DNA of 64,000 bases, taken from NCBI RefSeq assembly GCF_963921235.1, contig NC_086108.1, positions 24,490,001-24,554,000 of the forward strand. Reading direction: 5' to 3'. The stretch comes from Mobula hypostoma. Its lineage: Eukaryota. A program made the translations under genes and the position numbers. Under the pieces are notes generated by a model that was not told where the DNA came from, did no database searches, and saw nothing but the letters and a program-made list of their open reading frames with translations. Shown here in pieces: positions 37,529 through 51,339 of the stretch. Each line of letters starts with the position of its first letter. Within the stretch, counting starts at the first letter, position 1.

Positions 37529-39360
37529 TGCTAGGCCTATGTAGACCAACCCGCATAAACAACAGTTTATTCTACAACAAAATGAGGGCTGGTTACAGGT
37601 TGGAATCAGATTGAGCTGATCAGATGGCTTACATAAAATAATGAACAGGCCAAATGTCTAATTGAATGTCACACCAGAATTATGAAACTGAATGAATTCC
37701 AACTGAAAGAAGTCATGGTAGTCATTCCCTGTCGTATCATCATGACTTGCATCACAAGTTGCTGTAGTGACATTCAGTTTCAATCTGCTATGGCAAAGAC
37801 TTTTTTCAATCATAGGCAATGGCATTATGACTCAAACAAGTTGCTGAGAACAGGAATTATTTAAGTGTTGCCATAGCATAAAAAAACAATGCAAAATGAA
37901 TGTGCTTCTGAAAAACACTATTGTCCTCCTTGCTGCCGAGGCAACCTTACAAATTTATTATACCCATTGTACTGAAAAATATATCAAGGGTTATTTAGTA
38001 AACTACAAATTGCATCACAGACAGAATCCCAGCTTCATCAAAACAATCAGTGTTTCTGTGCTGTGAGGAAGTGTCCTTGAGTTCTCAGGCTGTATCATTT
38101 CTAAACTTTCACCCCAGTCTCCAGCAGCCACCCTGAATCATTACAGCTGTCGACTTTTGTGTTCTTCACCAAGTCACCTCAGTCTTTCACCCTTGTCGAA
38201 TATCCTGCAATAAAGACCTTGGAAGGGTGAAGGACTGAGTTCTCTTGCCCAATAGGTTAATAACTGGGGCATCGACTTAATGCTCCCGACAGGAAATGGC
38301 AGGACATTGGGGAGGTTGGGTAGAGGCCAAAAGCTCACTGCCTGGAAGAGTGAGGGTGGAAAAACACTTCTCATTTAAATACATACTTGGAGAAAACTGG
38401 ATGACCCATTTTATCAAATAGACTTCCATTGTTCAAATGTTTTATAATAAATAAATAAATATGAAGACTTATTTTGAAGAATTAATTTCCTGTAATTTTA
38501 TTCCCAAGTTGTTAGCAGTAGTGCTCCAGAGAGTATTGCTGGATACCACACTCTAATACTGCCAGTTCCAAAATAAAGTTAACTCTCTGATTTTCTTTTA
38601 TTTCTTCCTCCAACATACAAGCTTTTAGAATACAAAACCACCATGACTTAAACAGCATCTCATCTTTGATCCTGTATTTTGGACCAATTGTGGTCCAGAA
38701 GTCAATCTTTCTTGGCTGGCAGCCAACTTTCTAAAATTCATCAGGTAAAAGAGTAAAATCAGGTAAAATTCATCACTATTTTATGTTCAAGGTGAGTGTT
38801 AAAAATGTCACATTATATTTATACAGTAGCCATTACTAATTGAGACATATGCTGCACTTGATTTTTGCCCTGAAACCAAAGTGTATACTTAGTTTAGACA
38901 AATGGAATATACGTTACACATTCCTACTCAAAATATAATTTTTATAATTGGGAATCTCCACACACTTTCCAGTTGATGTATGATGACAATAAATCTGTGT
39001 GTTTAAGTTAGTGCAAGAATACTTTTCACAGAGAGATTAAAATGGACACATTACACATTCACAGAAATCATTAAGGTTGGGTTAAAATCCATGGCTGAAG
39101 CCGCATACGTACACAAAACATTAACTCTACCTGCTCTTTTCAAACATATAGCAGGCACTGTACAAATGCTCATTCTTGTTCCATTCCTCACACTAAGAAG
39201 GGTATAATTCTTTTTTGGGCTAAATAGAAAGCAGTCACATTAAAAATAATATAGCCAATTCTCAATTTAAAAAGGGGTGCATTCCTGGAAAACATTTTGT
39301 TCGGCAGCAGTTCACAAACTGTAAAGATTATTGTAAAATACAGTGGTGCTAGAAAAGTTT

Positions 39361-40848
39361 ACAGTTGATTGAAATGCTTGAGCATATAGACATTAAGAAA
39401 GAGGATGTGCTGGAGCTTTTGAAAAGTTAGATATGTTGCTGGTTTCAGACGAGATATACCCTCGGTTACTATGGGAAGTGAGGGAGGAGAGTGCTGAGCC
39501 TCTGGTGAAGATCTTTGCATCATCAATAGGAACGGGAGAATTCTTGTACCTGAGGATCGCAGAGTTGCAAATGTTGTTACCTTTTTCAAGAAAGGGAGTA
39601 TGGTTAACCCAGGAAATTATACACCAGTGAGTCTTACTTCAGTAGTGGGCAAGTTGTTGGAGAAGATCCTGAGAGGCAGGATCTATGAGCATTTGGAGAA
39701 ACATAATCTGATTAGGGATAGTCAACATGGCTTTGTGAAAGGCAGGTCACGCTTATGGGTCTGAATGAATTCTCTGAAGATGTAACAAAATACATTGATG
39801 AAAGTAGAGCAGTGTTTGTAGTGTATATGAATTTCATTAAGGCTTTGATAAGGTTCCACATGCAAGGCTCATCCAGAAAGCAAGGAGGCATGGGATCCAA
39901 GGAGACCTTGCCTTGTGGATCCAAAATTGTCTTGCCCACAGAAGGCAAAGGGTGGTTGTAGACAGCTTGTATTCTGCAAGGAAGTCGGTTACCAGTGAAG
40001 TTCCACAGGGATCCTTCTGGGACCTTTCATCTTTGTGATTTTTATAAATGACTTGGATGAGGAAGTAGAAGGGTGGGTTAGTAAGTTTGCTGATGACACA
40101 AAAGTTGGGGGTGTTCTGGTAGGTTAAATTTGAAGACAGAATATAATATACAGTATATGGTAAGACTCTTGGCAGTGTGGAGGATCAGAGAGATCTTGGG
40201 GTCTGTGTCCATAGGACACTCAAAGCTGCTGCACAGTTTGACAGTGTTGTGAAGAAGGTGTATGGTGTGATGGCCTTCATAAAACATAGGATTGAGTTCA
40301 AGAGCCATGAAGTAATTGTTACAGCTATAAAAAAAACCTTAGTTAGACCCTACTTGGAGTACTGTGTTCGATTCTGTTCTGTTGTAAAGAGGAAGGACTC
40401 GGATTCTATAGGGAGAGTGCAGAGGAGATTCACAAGGATGTTGCCTGGATTGGAGAGCCTGCCTTATGAAAATAGGCAGAATGAACTTGGCCTTTTCTCC
40501 TTGGAGCAACGGAGGATGAGAGGTGACCTGATAGAGGTGTATAAGTTGATGAGAGGCATCAATCGCATGGATAGCCAGAGGCTTTTTTCCAGGGCTGAAA
40601 TGGCTAATACGAGGGGGCATAGTCTGAAGGTGCTTGAAAGTAGGTACAGGGGGGATGTAAGCGTTAAGTTTTTCACATAGATAATGGTGGGTGCATGAGA
40701 CTCTTAGATAGGTATATGGAGCTTAGAAAAATAGGGGGCTCTGTGTTAGGATAATTCTAAGCAGTTTCTAGAGTAGGTTACATAGTTGGAACAGCATTCT
40801 GAGCCGAAGGGCCTGTAATGTGCTGTAGATTTTCTATGTTCTATGTTT
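39361..40848 (+). mobile_element. CR1 LINE, RT to 3' tail
   Basis: QHGF and SKFADDTK motifs, ORF 40177..40680 (LVRPYLEYC...RVQRRFTRMLPGL), and (ttctatg)n tail. Confidence 0.92.
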
Positions 40849-41186
40849 CTGAACGCTGTTGAATTTTCTCTCTTTCTGCATAACTTCACATAAGTCCTAA
40901 AACTATATGAGAACAAAATTAAATAAATAACACAAAAAATTATACTTGTTCATTTAATTATTGAGAAAACTGATCCAATATTTCATGTGGAGTATTTGTT
41001 GGAATAAGTATGTGAACCTGTGGGGTAATGCCTTCTACAAAAAGCTATTTGGAGTCAGGTGTTCCAACCAATGGAGTCAAATTGGAGGTGTAGGTTGTAG
41101 AGATGCCCTGCCCTCTGAAAAAAGGCAACAAAGTCAGGTTACTGACAGAGTCTGTTCTTCTCAAGAAAGATTTGATTATGTGCACC

Positions 41187-42164
41187 ATGCCTCGATTAAA
41201 ACAACTTTCACAGGACCTTAGAAGATGAATTGTAGAGATGCATGAAGCTGGAAAAGGCTACAAAAATATTCCTAAAGATCTGAGTGTTCATCAGTCCACA
41301 GCAAGAGAAACTGTCTACAAATGGAGAACACTTGGTACTGTTGCTACTTTCCCTGGGAGTAGGCATCCTGCAAAGATCACACTAAGAGCACAACGTACTG
41401 TGCTAAAGCCAGTGAAAAAGAGCCCAAGGGTAACAGCAAAAGACCTGCAGAAATCTCCGGAACTTGCTGAAGTATCTGTTCATGTGTCCATTATAAGAAA
41501 TACACTGAACAAGAATGGTGTTCATGGAAGGACACCACGAGGGAAACCACTGCTCTCCAAAACAAAATATTCCTGCACATCTCAAGTTTGCGAAAAACCA
41601 CCTGAATGTTCTACAATGCTTCTGGGGCAACATTCTGTGGACAGAGGAGACAAAGTTGAACTCTTTGGCAGAAATGCACATTACCATGTTTGGAGGGAAA
41701 AGGGCACTGCACACCAACACCAAAACCTCATCCCAATTATGAAGTATGATGGAAGGAGCATCATGGTTTGGGGCTGCTTTGCTGCCTTCGGAACTGGACA
41801 GCTTGCAATCATTGAGGGACCAATGAATTTTACAAGAGAATGTCAGGATGGCAGTCCATCACCTGAAGTTTCATAGAAGTCGGATAATGTAACAAGGCAA
41901 GAGTAAAACAACAACAGAATGGTTTAAAAAAAAGAAGATTTGTGTTTTGGAATGGCCAAGTCAAAGTCCTGACCTTAATCCTATAGAAAAGACCTGAACC
42001 AAGCAGTCATGCAAGGGAGCCCCCCTAACATCCCAGAGTTGAAGCAGTTTTGTAAGGAGAAATGGCCTAAGATTTCTTCAAGCCAATGTGCAGGACTGAT
42101 CAACAGTTACCAGAAACATTTGGTTGAAGATATTGCTGTACTAGGGGGTCACACCAGTTACTGA
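41187..42164 (+). pseudogene. Tc1 transposase pseudogene
   Basis: HEAGKGYKNI...(HTH region), ILWTEETK, GRSIMVWGCF and [13 protein letters not shown], broken by stops and frameshifts. Confidence 0.88.
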
Positions 42165-44614
42165 AAGCGAAGGTTCATATACTTTTTCCAACACATACAT
42201 GTAATATTGGATCATTTTTCTCAATACATGAATGAGCAAGTATAATTTTTTGTGTTATTTATTTAATTGGGTTCTCTTTATCTAGTTTTAGGACTTATGT
42301 CCACATCTGATCGAATTTTAGATCATATTTATGCAGAAATAGAAAAAATACTACAGGGTTCACGAAACTTTCTAGCACCACTGTACATAGTGGGGATTTG
42401 GTAAAGTACATTCCTATGGGTAGAGAATGGTGTGCGATTGATGAGAGGGAAACAGATTAATCAATCTGTATATAGCAAAGAAATAGATTCCTGAACTGGT
42501 AATTCCAGTAAAAATGAATTTAATCATTGCCAGAAAGATGAAAAATGAAAACGAAAGCCTGTACCTTTATAAGCAGTGCCATGCATTTCAATTCCTAGCC
42601 TTTGGCTCCCTACTGCCTCTCTGGATTTAAACATTGTGAGACTGTCTGGACTAAAGTACTCGGCACACATGTATAGTAGCAGTAATCTAGGGACTTGCTT
42701 CTTGAAAAAGTTAGCTGTGCCATAGGATTACTGACTATGACCCTTAAAGCCTTGCAATGTTTCTCTATTCCAGAGCATCAATAGTGCTGTAAGTGGAATG
42801 CTTGTCTGGTATGCAGCATTCCCAGTGTCATTAACAGTACAATACATGAAGGAGAGCTTGCCAATATTGACACCTGGCTGGCCCTTTCTAGTTATGAATT
42901 GTACTTGCACTAAGTAGGTAATTTTTGCATCAAATACACAGTTAGAGCTTTCATCGACATCACAGTGCTCCTTCAGATAGCCCCCCTCCGTGCACATTCT
43001 CAAAACCCAATGAAGTTTTAATGGGCTGTGTATAACTCAGCAGTGCCATATGAAATTGACCTCTCAGAGGAGTTTGCAACTACCAGCACTCTAACATGGG
43101 TAGCCCTCTACACAATTTAACTTAAATACAGAGGAAATTTCTTCTTTATTTTAACCTTTATCCCGCAATCCCTTCAGCTAAGATTTCTCAGCTGACTTCT
43201 TCAGCCACAATCTTTCACTTTCAACCTCTCACTAACCACTGTCCCTGCAATTCCGCTGGCTCCTAATGCTAGAGTCCTTTCAGTGCTTGTCATGGACTTA
43301 AGAAAAAAAATACTTGCACTCTTCACAGTTGCACAATACTGTGTGGAAAATGTGCACTGACTGTTCTGTGCTGGTCCATTGAATACCTTGGCCTTTGCAC
43401 ATGATTGAATCTTTAAGTGATCCACAATAAAACCACCTTCGGCATGCTATAGAATGATGCATTAACTTGCCCATGATTAATAGTCTTTGAAATTCTAGCA
43501 CATTTCCCACAAAGACATCAGGTGGTTTAAAATGAATTTCAAATCAAAATATGTATATTAAAACAAATTACTATGTAAAATAATGCTCTTAACAATAAAC
43601 GAAAATTATTTTGCTTTCCATCTCCATTTCTTGAAAAAATTCAATCGCTAACTTCATCCACATGATGCTTTACTTTGAAGAACAAATGGGTCCTTGTGTT
43701 CTTGATTGAATACCTTTCAAAATCATCAGCTAGAATTGCACACAAAATGCAAAGGATGTTGTCATATTTTCCCCTGATTCTAGGGTGGAAAGGATAAATC
43801 TTATCTCTACTTCCATCCCATGAGCTCAAGTCACTTTACACAGATCGATACAAGGGCTTTGTGGTCTGCATAGCTCAGATGCTGACTGCACTTCAGATGT
43901 CAGGGACTGCAGAGTTTAGTTTTTAAATGCCACTTTCCTGACCTATATGCTGACTTTACAATAAAGCTTGATCTGTCTTACTGTACACCAACAAATCAAT
44001 GTTAGTTACATAGGACCATGACATAGTCAGGGAAGTGCTCAAGCTGAACAGATCCAAGTCCTTTCAACTAGTAAATTGTTTCATATGGATCCTGTGTCAC
44101 AGATTGATTGATGATAACCAAAAATTATGCTGAGAAGGTAAAATTAACAGCATCTGCCAACAGACTAATACAAAAAAGTCTTATAATAATGGGTTAAAAT
44201 CATCCAGAAGTGCGTTATAGCTGATAGTTCCACTGAAATGTCACCACTGCACAACGTTAATCACACACAGCAAAATCTCACTAAAGCATGAAGGTGATCA
44301 AATTAAGGAATAATCATGGGCCAAGATACTGGATCTAAGTCCCCTGACCTTTACTGGGTCGTTAGTCATTTTGCATTGGTGTTGGACAGAGAGGGTTTCA
44401 ATTCCACATTTATCTGAAAGATAGCATTTCCAAGAGAGCAACAACGCCTGAATACTGGACTGGATTTTCAGTGCAATTTTCTCTGACCAAGTTTCCAGAA
44501 TGGGACTTGAACCCAGAAACTTCCAACTCGGAGATGAAATGCTACTAACTGAAGCATGGCTGACAGGTGTCAATGTTACAGAGCTTTAAGCAGCTAGTGA
44601 CAGATGACAGTAAC

Positions 44615-44780
44615 GACCAACGTGCTAGAGGAATTCAGCGGGTTGAGCTGCAAATGAGAGAGAAAAGGGGTTATTGATGCTTCAGGTTGAAACCCTGCAT
44701 CAGGTCTTCCCTTCCACGGATACTGTTCAAACTGCAGGGTGTGTGTTCCTCCAGGCTCCAGCATCTACCTCTCCTGTGCC
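44615..44780. mobile_element. Decayed Penelope-terminus fold-back
   Basis: gctagaggaattcagc...tgcttcaggttgaaaccctgcatcagg (reverse strand CTGATG...GAAGC), then a plus-orientation ttccacggatactg...ccagcatct. Confidence 0.55.
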
Positions 44781-44831
44781 TCCCAACTCTAAGCAGCTAT
44801 GACGTATGCATCCCAAAGTATTGAACCAATA

Positions 44832-45627
44832 TAGTCATAGGCATAGTCATACTTTATTAATCCCGGGGAAAATTGGTTTTCATTACAGTTGCTCCATAAA
44901 TAATAAATTGTAATAGAACCATAGATAGTTAAATAGTAATATGTAAATTATGCCAGTAAATTATGAAATAAGTCCAGGACCAACCTATTGGCTCAGGATG
45001 TCTGACCCTCCAAGGGAGGAGTTGTAAAGTTTGATGGCCACAGGCAGGAATGACTTCCTATGACGCTCTGTGCTGCATCTCGGTGGAATGAGTCTCTGGC
45101 TGAATGTACTCCTGTGCACACCCAGTACATTATGTAGTGGATGGGAGACATTGTCCAAGGTGGCATGCAACTTAGACAGCATCCTTTTTTTCAGACACCA
45201 CCGTGAGAGAGTCCAGTTCCATCCCCACAACATCACTGGCCTTACGAATGAGATTGTTGATTCTGTTGGAGTCTGCCACCCTCAGCCTGCTGCCCCAGCA
45301 CACAACAGCAAACATGATAGCACTGGCCACCACAGACTCGTAAGACATCCTCAGTATTATCCGGCAGATGTTAAAGGACCTCAGTCTCCTCAGGAAATAG
45401 AGACGGCTCTGACCCTTCTTGTAGACAGCCTCAGTGTTCTTTGACCAGTCCAGTTTATTGTCAATTCGTATCCCCAGGTATTTGTAATCCTCCACCATGT
45501 CCACACTGACCCCCTGGATGGAAACAGGGGTCACCGGTACCTTCGTTCTCCTCAGGTCTACCACCAGCTCCTTAGTCTTTTTCACATTAAGCTGCAGATA
45601 ATTCTGTTCACACCATGTGACAAAGTT
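44832..45627 (-). mobile_element. Rex1/Babar LINE 3' fragment
   Basis: ORF 45172..45669 (LQLNVKKTKELVVD...YKYLG...QSRLYFLRRLRSF) and 44985..45236 (SFLPVAIKLYN). Short-repeat tail near 44835. Confidence 0.92.
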
Positions 45628-46272
45628 ATTGAATATAAAATATTGAATCAATGGAACATTCTCTGTCAATGAACAAAACAGGAAGCAAGACAGAGTCTGT
45701 CATCAAACCCTCGTGCTTAAATCTTTCTTGCCACAACTGATAAGACTTGTTTTATTTTAAATATGGGGATCTCTCACAGCCCAGCATTATGGATTGGACA
45801 AGATTGTGAAGCTAATTTACAGTTCTTGATCCACCAACTGTCTGGAGATTGGCCAATACAATCATGAGGACCAAAAAGATTGTTCCTTGTGCTCTCTGAT
45901 TCCATAGAAGACCCTGCATTCTTACAGCATTTTTCAAGTCCACTGGATACAGCAATGGTTTTACAAGCAATTAACTGCTTTTCAAAATTAATCATCATTA
46001 AAATGACATAGGTACAGAATCTAAGTTACCTTTTGACCAGAAGGTTGGCTAGGCTCCAAGAAGTACTTCATAACATACAATATATTCCAGTAGCTCTCTA
46101 TTAGGGAAAAACCTTGTCATATTTCGAGGTGTTGTAGAGTCTAAGTACATAAATAGGCACTGTGGACCACAATTTCCCCCACATCCTTCAACAACCTTTG
46201 GGTGTCACGATAGCATAGCGGTTACAGCGACATTCTGAAGTTCGGAATTCAATTCCAGTGCCTTCTTTAAGG

Positions 46273-46474
46273 AACACACACATCATGCTGGAGGAACTCA
46301 GCAGGCCAGACAGCATCTATGGAAAAGGGTGAACAGTCAATGTTTTGGACCGATACACTTGCTGAAGACTGTTTACTCCTTTCGATAGATGCTGCTTGGC
46401 CTGCTGAATTCCTCCAGCATTTTGTGTGTGTTGCTTTGGAGTTCTAGCATCTGCAGATTTTCTCATATCTGTGA
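46273..46474. mobile_element. Penelope-terminus fold-back, after a SINE head at ~46200-46272
   Basis: acacacacatcatgctggaggaactcagcaggccagacagcatctat...aacagtc is inverted relative to gactgttt...atagatgctgcttggcctgctgaattcctccagcattttgtgtgtgt. Confidence 0.88.
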
Positions 46475-46619
46475 TACTGCTGTCTTGTACTGTGATGGCA
46501 TATGATTTGCTGACCATGAAGTTCTGAACTCAAACAAAGATCTTAAGCTATCTGAAATATAGTTACAGATATCCTCACCTAAGGGAGGTTGTATTGTAGC
46601 CATCTACTCTTCAAAGGCT

Positions 46620-47510
46620 AAATTAGTTCTCCTTTTATCCTCTACAGCAACATTAGCTGCCAATACCCATTATTTCAGTGGTGCTCCCTACCAAGGAGCA
46701 TATGCTTCCAGTAGTTTAATCAAAGTTCATTTATTTCTAGTGATACACATCTAACCAGACAAAATTATTAAAGCACATTTAAAACTCAGAGGTTTTCTAT
46801 CTTATAAAAGATTTCCAAATTACAGATGGCTTCTAAAACAAAATGGATTTTCAAAACACAGGTAAAATTCCTACAAGGTAAAAAGATGTAGCAGTGAGTT
46901 GTACATGAATGAGTTGTCCATTGCAGAAGTTGAAGGCGGAGGAATGGATTCTAGTCACCACGGCTTTTTGTCATTCTTCTTGCTGCTCCTCATCCATTCC
47001 TAATAATCCTGTCTACTCATTCTTTACCTTTATATTGTTTTATATATTTTTTGTCATTCGAATGACTTCACACACAAGATATTTTTTCAGTTACCTTTTC
47101 ACATAGGTGGTCTAAATACTCCAACCACCAATAGATCAGCTTTTTAATGTGCTAACTAATAATATCAATCTGGTCTGCAAACCTCCTTAAACTAAATAAC
47201 TTGACCAGTCTGGTTTGACTGAGGCCAAATTAATACAACTCCATTGTCTTACACTGTATCTCTTGAGCAGCCAACCCTGTGCTGTGGACCAACAGTCTGT
47301 GCTCTATAGACAGTGCTGTTTGTTTGCAAAGCTGTCCTTTTAACTCCAGTCTGAATATTTCTAGCCATTTATATTAAGAACTGAAGATTGGCTCCCGTTT
47401 ATGACAAGAAGCTGAATAAAGAATATTGTTTGAAAGTTTAACTTACTCAATAACAACTCTTTAAGTTCAAGAAGAGTCAGCTGCTGTTTTGGAAAACTGA
47501 GCTTGGCAAA
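46620..47510. repeat. Diverged ancient repeat, copy 2
   Basis: Same orientation and block order as 34100-35135. Confidence 0.7.
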
Positions 47511-47525
47511 ATAAAGGCCCACTTG

Positions 47526-48181
47526 TGTCACGGTCCAGTCCGTTGACTCATCATTTTACTTAATTTCCTGTTCCCCATGTTCCACCGGGCTCCATGATTA
47601 GGGCACCTCATCCTCATTCGAACCAGCAGCATAAAAACTCTGGTTTGCATCTACTCACAGCTGGTTCGCCGCCTCAGCAGTGCGGCTATGCTCGTTCCGG
47701 CCACCAAGAATGGGTCGAGTCGAGAGCCTGCCATTTGCTGTTCTTGGGTCCTGTCTAGAGACTGCCATCCGCAATTCCTGGGTTGAGTCGAGAGCCTGCC
47801 ATCCAGCTGAGTTTTGCCAGCTGTTTGCCGCTTCGCATGCGACCCGGAGTCGAGATACGAATGGACTGTCATTGTTCATTTTTGTCGTCTTGTGTCCAGC
47901 TGAGTATTGCTGGCCGTTTCCCGCTGCTCCGAGCCACAGTACTAATTGTCTGTCATTGTTCGTTTTCATTGTCTTGTGTCCAGCTGAGTATTGCTGGCCA
48001 TTTGCCGCTGCTCCGAGCCGCGATACCAATTGTCTATTGTTGTTTGGTTTTGTCGCTCTGTGTTCCAGTCAAGTCCAAGTCCAGGCTCGGAGTCCAAGTC
48101 AAGTCCAAGTCCATCTCCGTGTCAAGTCTCCGTGCCTGTGTCCTGCACTTGGTTCCGCTCCAGTCGCCAATCATTGCAACA
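47526..48181 (+). mobile_element. Solo LTR (656 bp) with internal tandem repeats
   Basis: TGTCAC...GCAACA ends, flanks ACTTG / ACTAG (5 bp, one mismatch), ~84-bp unit at ~47867-48060, and agtccaagtc repeats. Confidence 0.82.
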
Positions 48182-48234
48182 ACTAGCCCTGGATAGTGAA
48201 TATCCATCACAGTATATTCTATCCGTGAACAACA

Positions 48235-48945
48235 TAGGTTTCCTCCAGGTGCTCAGGTTTCCTCCAGGTGCTCTGGTTTCCTCCCACAGTCCAAATATGT
48301 ACCGGTAAGTAGGTTCATTGGTCATACTAAATTATGCCATGAATCAGTTAGGGTTAAATAGGTAAGATGCTGAGTGGTGCAGATCAGTGGGCCAGAAGGT
48401 CCTGTTCCTCACTTTATGTCTAAATAAATATAAAAGTAAAATTAAAAACTCTTTCAGGTTCTACTCTTTCCTACACATTAAGGTAATTTAAAATGAGCAA
48501 TTATGTCTTTGAAATGCAGGAAGAAAACAGAGCACCCCGAGGAAATTCCCATGGTCACAGGGAAAACATGCAAACTCCACACGGATGATATCAGAGGTCA
48601 GGATTTAACCAAGTTTCTAGAGTAGCATTTGTTTTACAACCAGGGCATAAGTACTGTTTCTTCTGGTTAACTGTTCCTAAATCAGGGAAAAAGACAAGTA
48701 GGCAGGTACAGAAGAATTAGATCTTCCAGTCTCCCCCTCAAGACAAGCAGTACCACGACATAGTTGGTAGCATTGCTACCTCATAGCTCCAGCATATCAT
48801 GTTCAAATCCTGATTTCGGCTGCTGTCCCCATGTAATTTACATATTTTTCCTGTGGCTGCTTAGGTTCTTCTGGTTCCTCTCCACATCCCAATAAGGGTT
48901 TATAGGTTAATTGGACACTGTAAATTGCTACTAGGGTATAAATGA
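48235..48945. mobile_element. Cluster of three V-SINE-like fragments (+ 48235-48430, - 48470-48620, + 48750-48945)
   Basis: ggtttcctccaggtgctctggtttcctcccaca core, its reverse complement near 48520-48545, and a B box gttcaaatcc at 48801. Confidence 0.7.
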
Positions 48946-48954
48946 GGAATATCC

Positions 48955-49275
48955 TGGAAACAGGCCCTTTGGCCCGATGGGTCCATGTCAACCAAGATGT
49001 CCATCCAAGCTAGTCCCAATTTGGCCTATATCTTCTAAATCTTTCCTATCAATGTGTCCAAATGTCTTTTAAATCTTATTATTGTAAGTCTCAACCACTT
49101 CCTCTAGCAACTCATTCTATGTAGTTTCCTGTCCCCCAAGGATAAAAGTACTAGCCTGGACAACCTCCCCCTATAACATAATCCCCCAGGTTCTGGCAAC
49201 ATCCCTGTAAATCCTTTCTTCACTCTTTCCAGCTTATTAACATTGTTTCTCCAGCACGGTAACCAGAACTGAACA
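48955..49275 (-). mobile_element. CR1 3' fragment, internally deleted
   Basis: ORF 49104..49301 contains VQFWLP...KLERVKKGFTGMLP. CR1 3' UTR near 48960. Confidence 0.75.
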
Positions 49276-50074
49276 CCTGCTAGGGAGACCAAACTGAGCA
49301 TCTGGTAGGATGCTGAAATATGGGGTAAATAGGTACAGAGGATTATTAGTAGAAAATGGATTCTTCTGTCAACATAGCCTCATTGGGCTGAAATGACTTC
49401 CTTCTCCATTACCCATGTCTATGGAAACATATGGAATTTTGAATAATTTATATTTTTCTTGTCAATGATTTGTAGTTAATCCACGTGATTGTGCTGCAAG
49501 TAAGAGTTTCACTGCATTTGTGCATACACGTACTTGTCCACACAATAATAAACTCGACTTTGAAACTGGAAAAGTTGTCTAATGTAAACATTTAAATATG
49601 GAAATTCAAACTAAGAATCAAATCATAGTGATAACGCAATTATAAACCTCTTTGCACATCTCCATTCATGCTGAACTCAGAGATGCCTGTCACTTTCTGT
49701 TAACACCTCCCTCTGATATTGTGAAGACGTTGATCACCTACATCTTCCCATATGGTATATGACATTTTCCGGAATGAACAATTGACCCAGCAATTCAGTC
49801 ATTTTAATCTTGTCTTGCTCATTTGTAGTATTCAATACTTCCCCTCTTGCTGGTGTTTTAGACTGCATTCATCTCTTCACACCTCCAGATAAACTATTTG
49901 ATAATTACCAGCCTATCCGCACTCTCTTTCAACTGGTGCCACCACTGTCTGCTTCATTCAATCACTCTACCATTACTCAGGCTTAACTTTCAGCTCTTTG
50001 GAATCTCCCACCCATCTCCTTACAAAGTGAAAATGTGTTTTATTTCTAACTTTGACCAGTTCTAACAAAAAGGT

Positions 50075-50375
50075 AATATAGCTGTTAGAGCCACTGCTTC
50101 TATGAGGCGACAATCCCACTTTAACTTTGACCTCCAAATCTCTCTATGTGGAGCTTGTACTTTCTCCCCATCACTGTATAGCATTCCTCCCACATGCCAA
50201 AGATATATAGATTGATTAGTTAATTGGTCACTTTAAATTGTCGCAAATGTGCAGGTGAGTGATGGAACCGGAAAGTGATTAGAATGTGCACAGAATAATA
50301 TGGATTTGTGCAAAACAGGTTGGCCAGGACTCTGTGGGCCAAAGGGCTAATTCCATGCTCTCTATCTCTTTGAAT
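50075..50375 (+). mobile_element. Old V-SINE-like element
   Basis: ttcctcccacatgccaaaga...taattggtcactttaaattg...gtgggccaaaggg. Confidence 0.6.
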
Positions 50376-51339
50376 CTATGAGAGATTCATCAAGCTGGTA
50401 AATTGACTCAGTTTCTCTCTCTGGAGACACTGCAAATAATCAACATATCAGCCATCATTTTGTGTAATTATTCAAGAAATAATGATTTTGTTCAGTTTTG
50501 TTATTTGCTTGAGTGGTTCAAATAAATGGCTTTATATCAATGAATTCCATAAGATAAGCAACCTAATTGTGATGACTAGTTTTTATTTCTGGTGTGAAGA
50601 CTGACAAGTCTTTCAGGGATGAAGGCTGCAGGGCTAATATTTTAACTTAAATGTTTATACTTTTAATTATGTGGCAGAACAACAGCATCAGGTCAACTTG
50701 CAAAATTCAAGTGCATTTACCATAATGGATGGATTCCTATTTATTCTTGGTTACTTACTTTAACATTTACTTTTCTCTTTGTGTAATTCGATTAAAAACA
50801 ATGGCTTAACATTGTTAACAGGTGCACTGTGAAACTCCCTCATTGTTCTTCCAGTCTCCATTCAGTAAAATTTAATTTTGGGTTTGTGATGATATTGAGT
50901 GTATCTATTCTAAAGTTCTAAACTTAAATAAAGACCATAAATTTTATAATTACAGATGTCTACCGGTACTTTCACTTTAGGGAGATTATACTATATCAAC
51001 TTGCACTTCACAGACTAATTTACTTCACTACTTTCATCTCTATTTTAAAAGGGTTTTTCTGTCAATAATCATTATTTTATGTCGTGAGCCCTAGCCAACC
51101 AAACTATTGCCAGAACTCTTTAAATTAGTGGATTCAGATGAATCTAGGACAGGGGAAGCAGACGAGCCAATTGTTTTTGTTCCCTCCCCACTTTGTGAAC
51201 GCTGGACTGATTCTTGTTCTGGGATAATCTAATCAAAGCAATTGAACGTGGACATAAGGAGCTTCAGGCAATGACCTGCTAAATAAACCTGAGACCATTC
51301 TCAGATGAGTAGCTATTTATTATGTAAAGTTCCTGACCT

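Larger units (their letters stand above)
39341..42383 (+). mobile_element. Tc1 transposon with CR1 inserted in its left TIR
   Basis: TA|cagtggtgctagaaaagttt ... aaactttctagcaccactg|TA, with a transposase remnant inside. Confidence 0.93.

Noticed and set aside
42728..43003. Cys-containing minus-strand ORF as an astrotactin exon
   Set aside because: No match to any astrotactin segment I recall and no convincing splice sites.
47867..48130. CRISPR-like array or repeat protein gene
   Set aside because: Contiguous tandem units without spacers inside a TG...CA element in vertebrate DNA.
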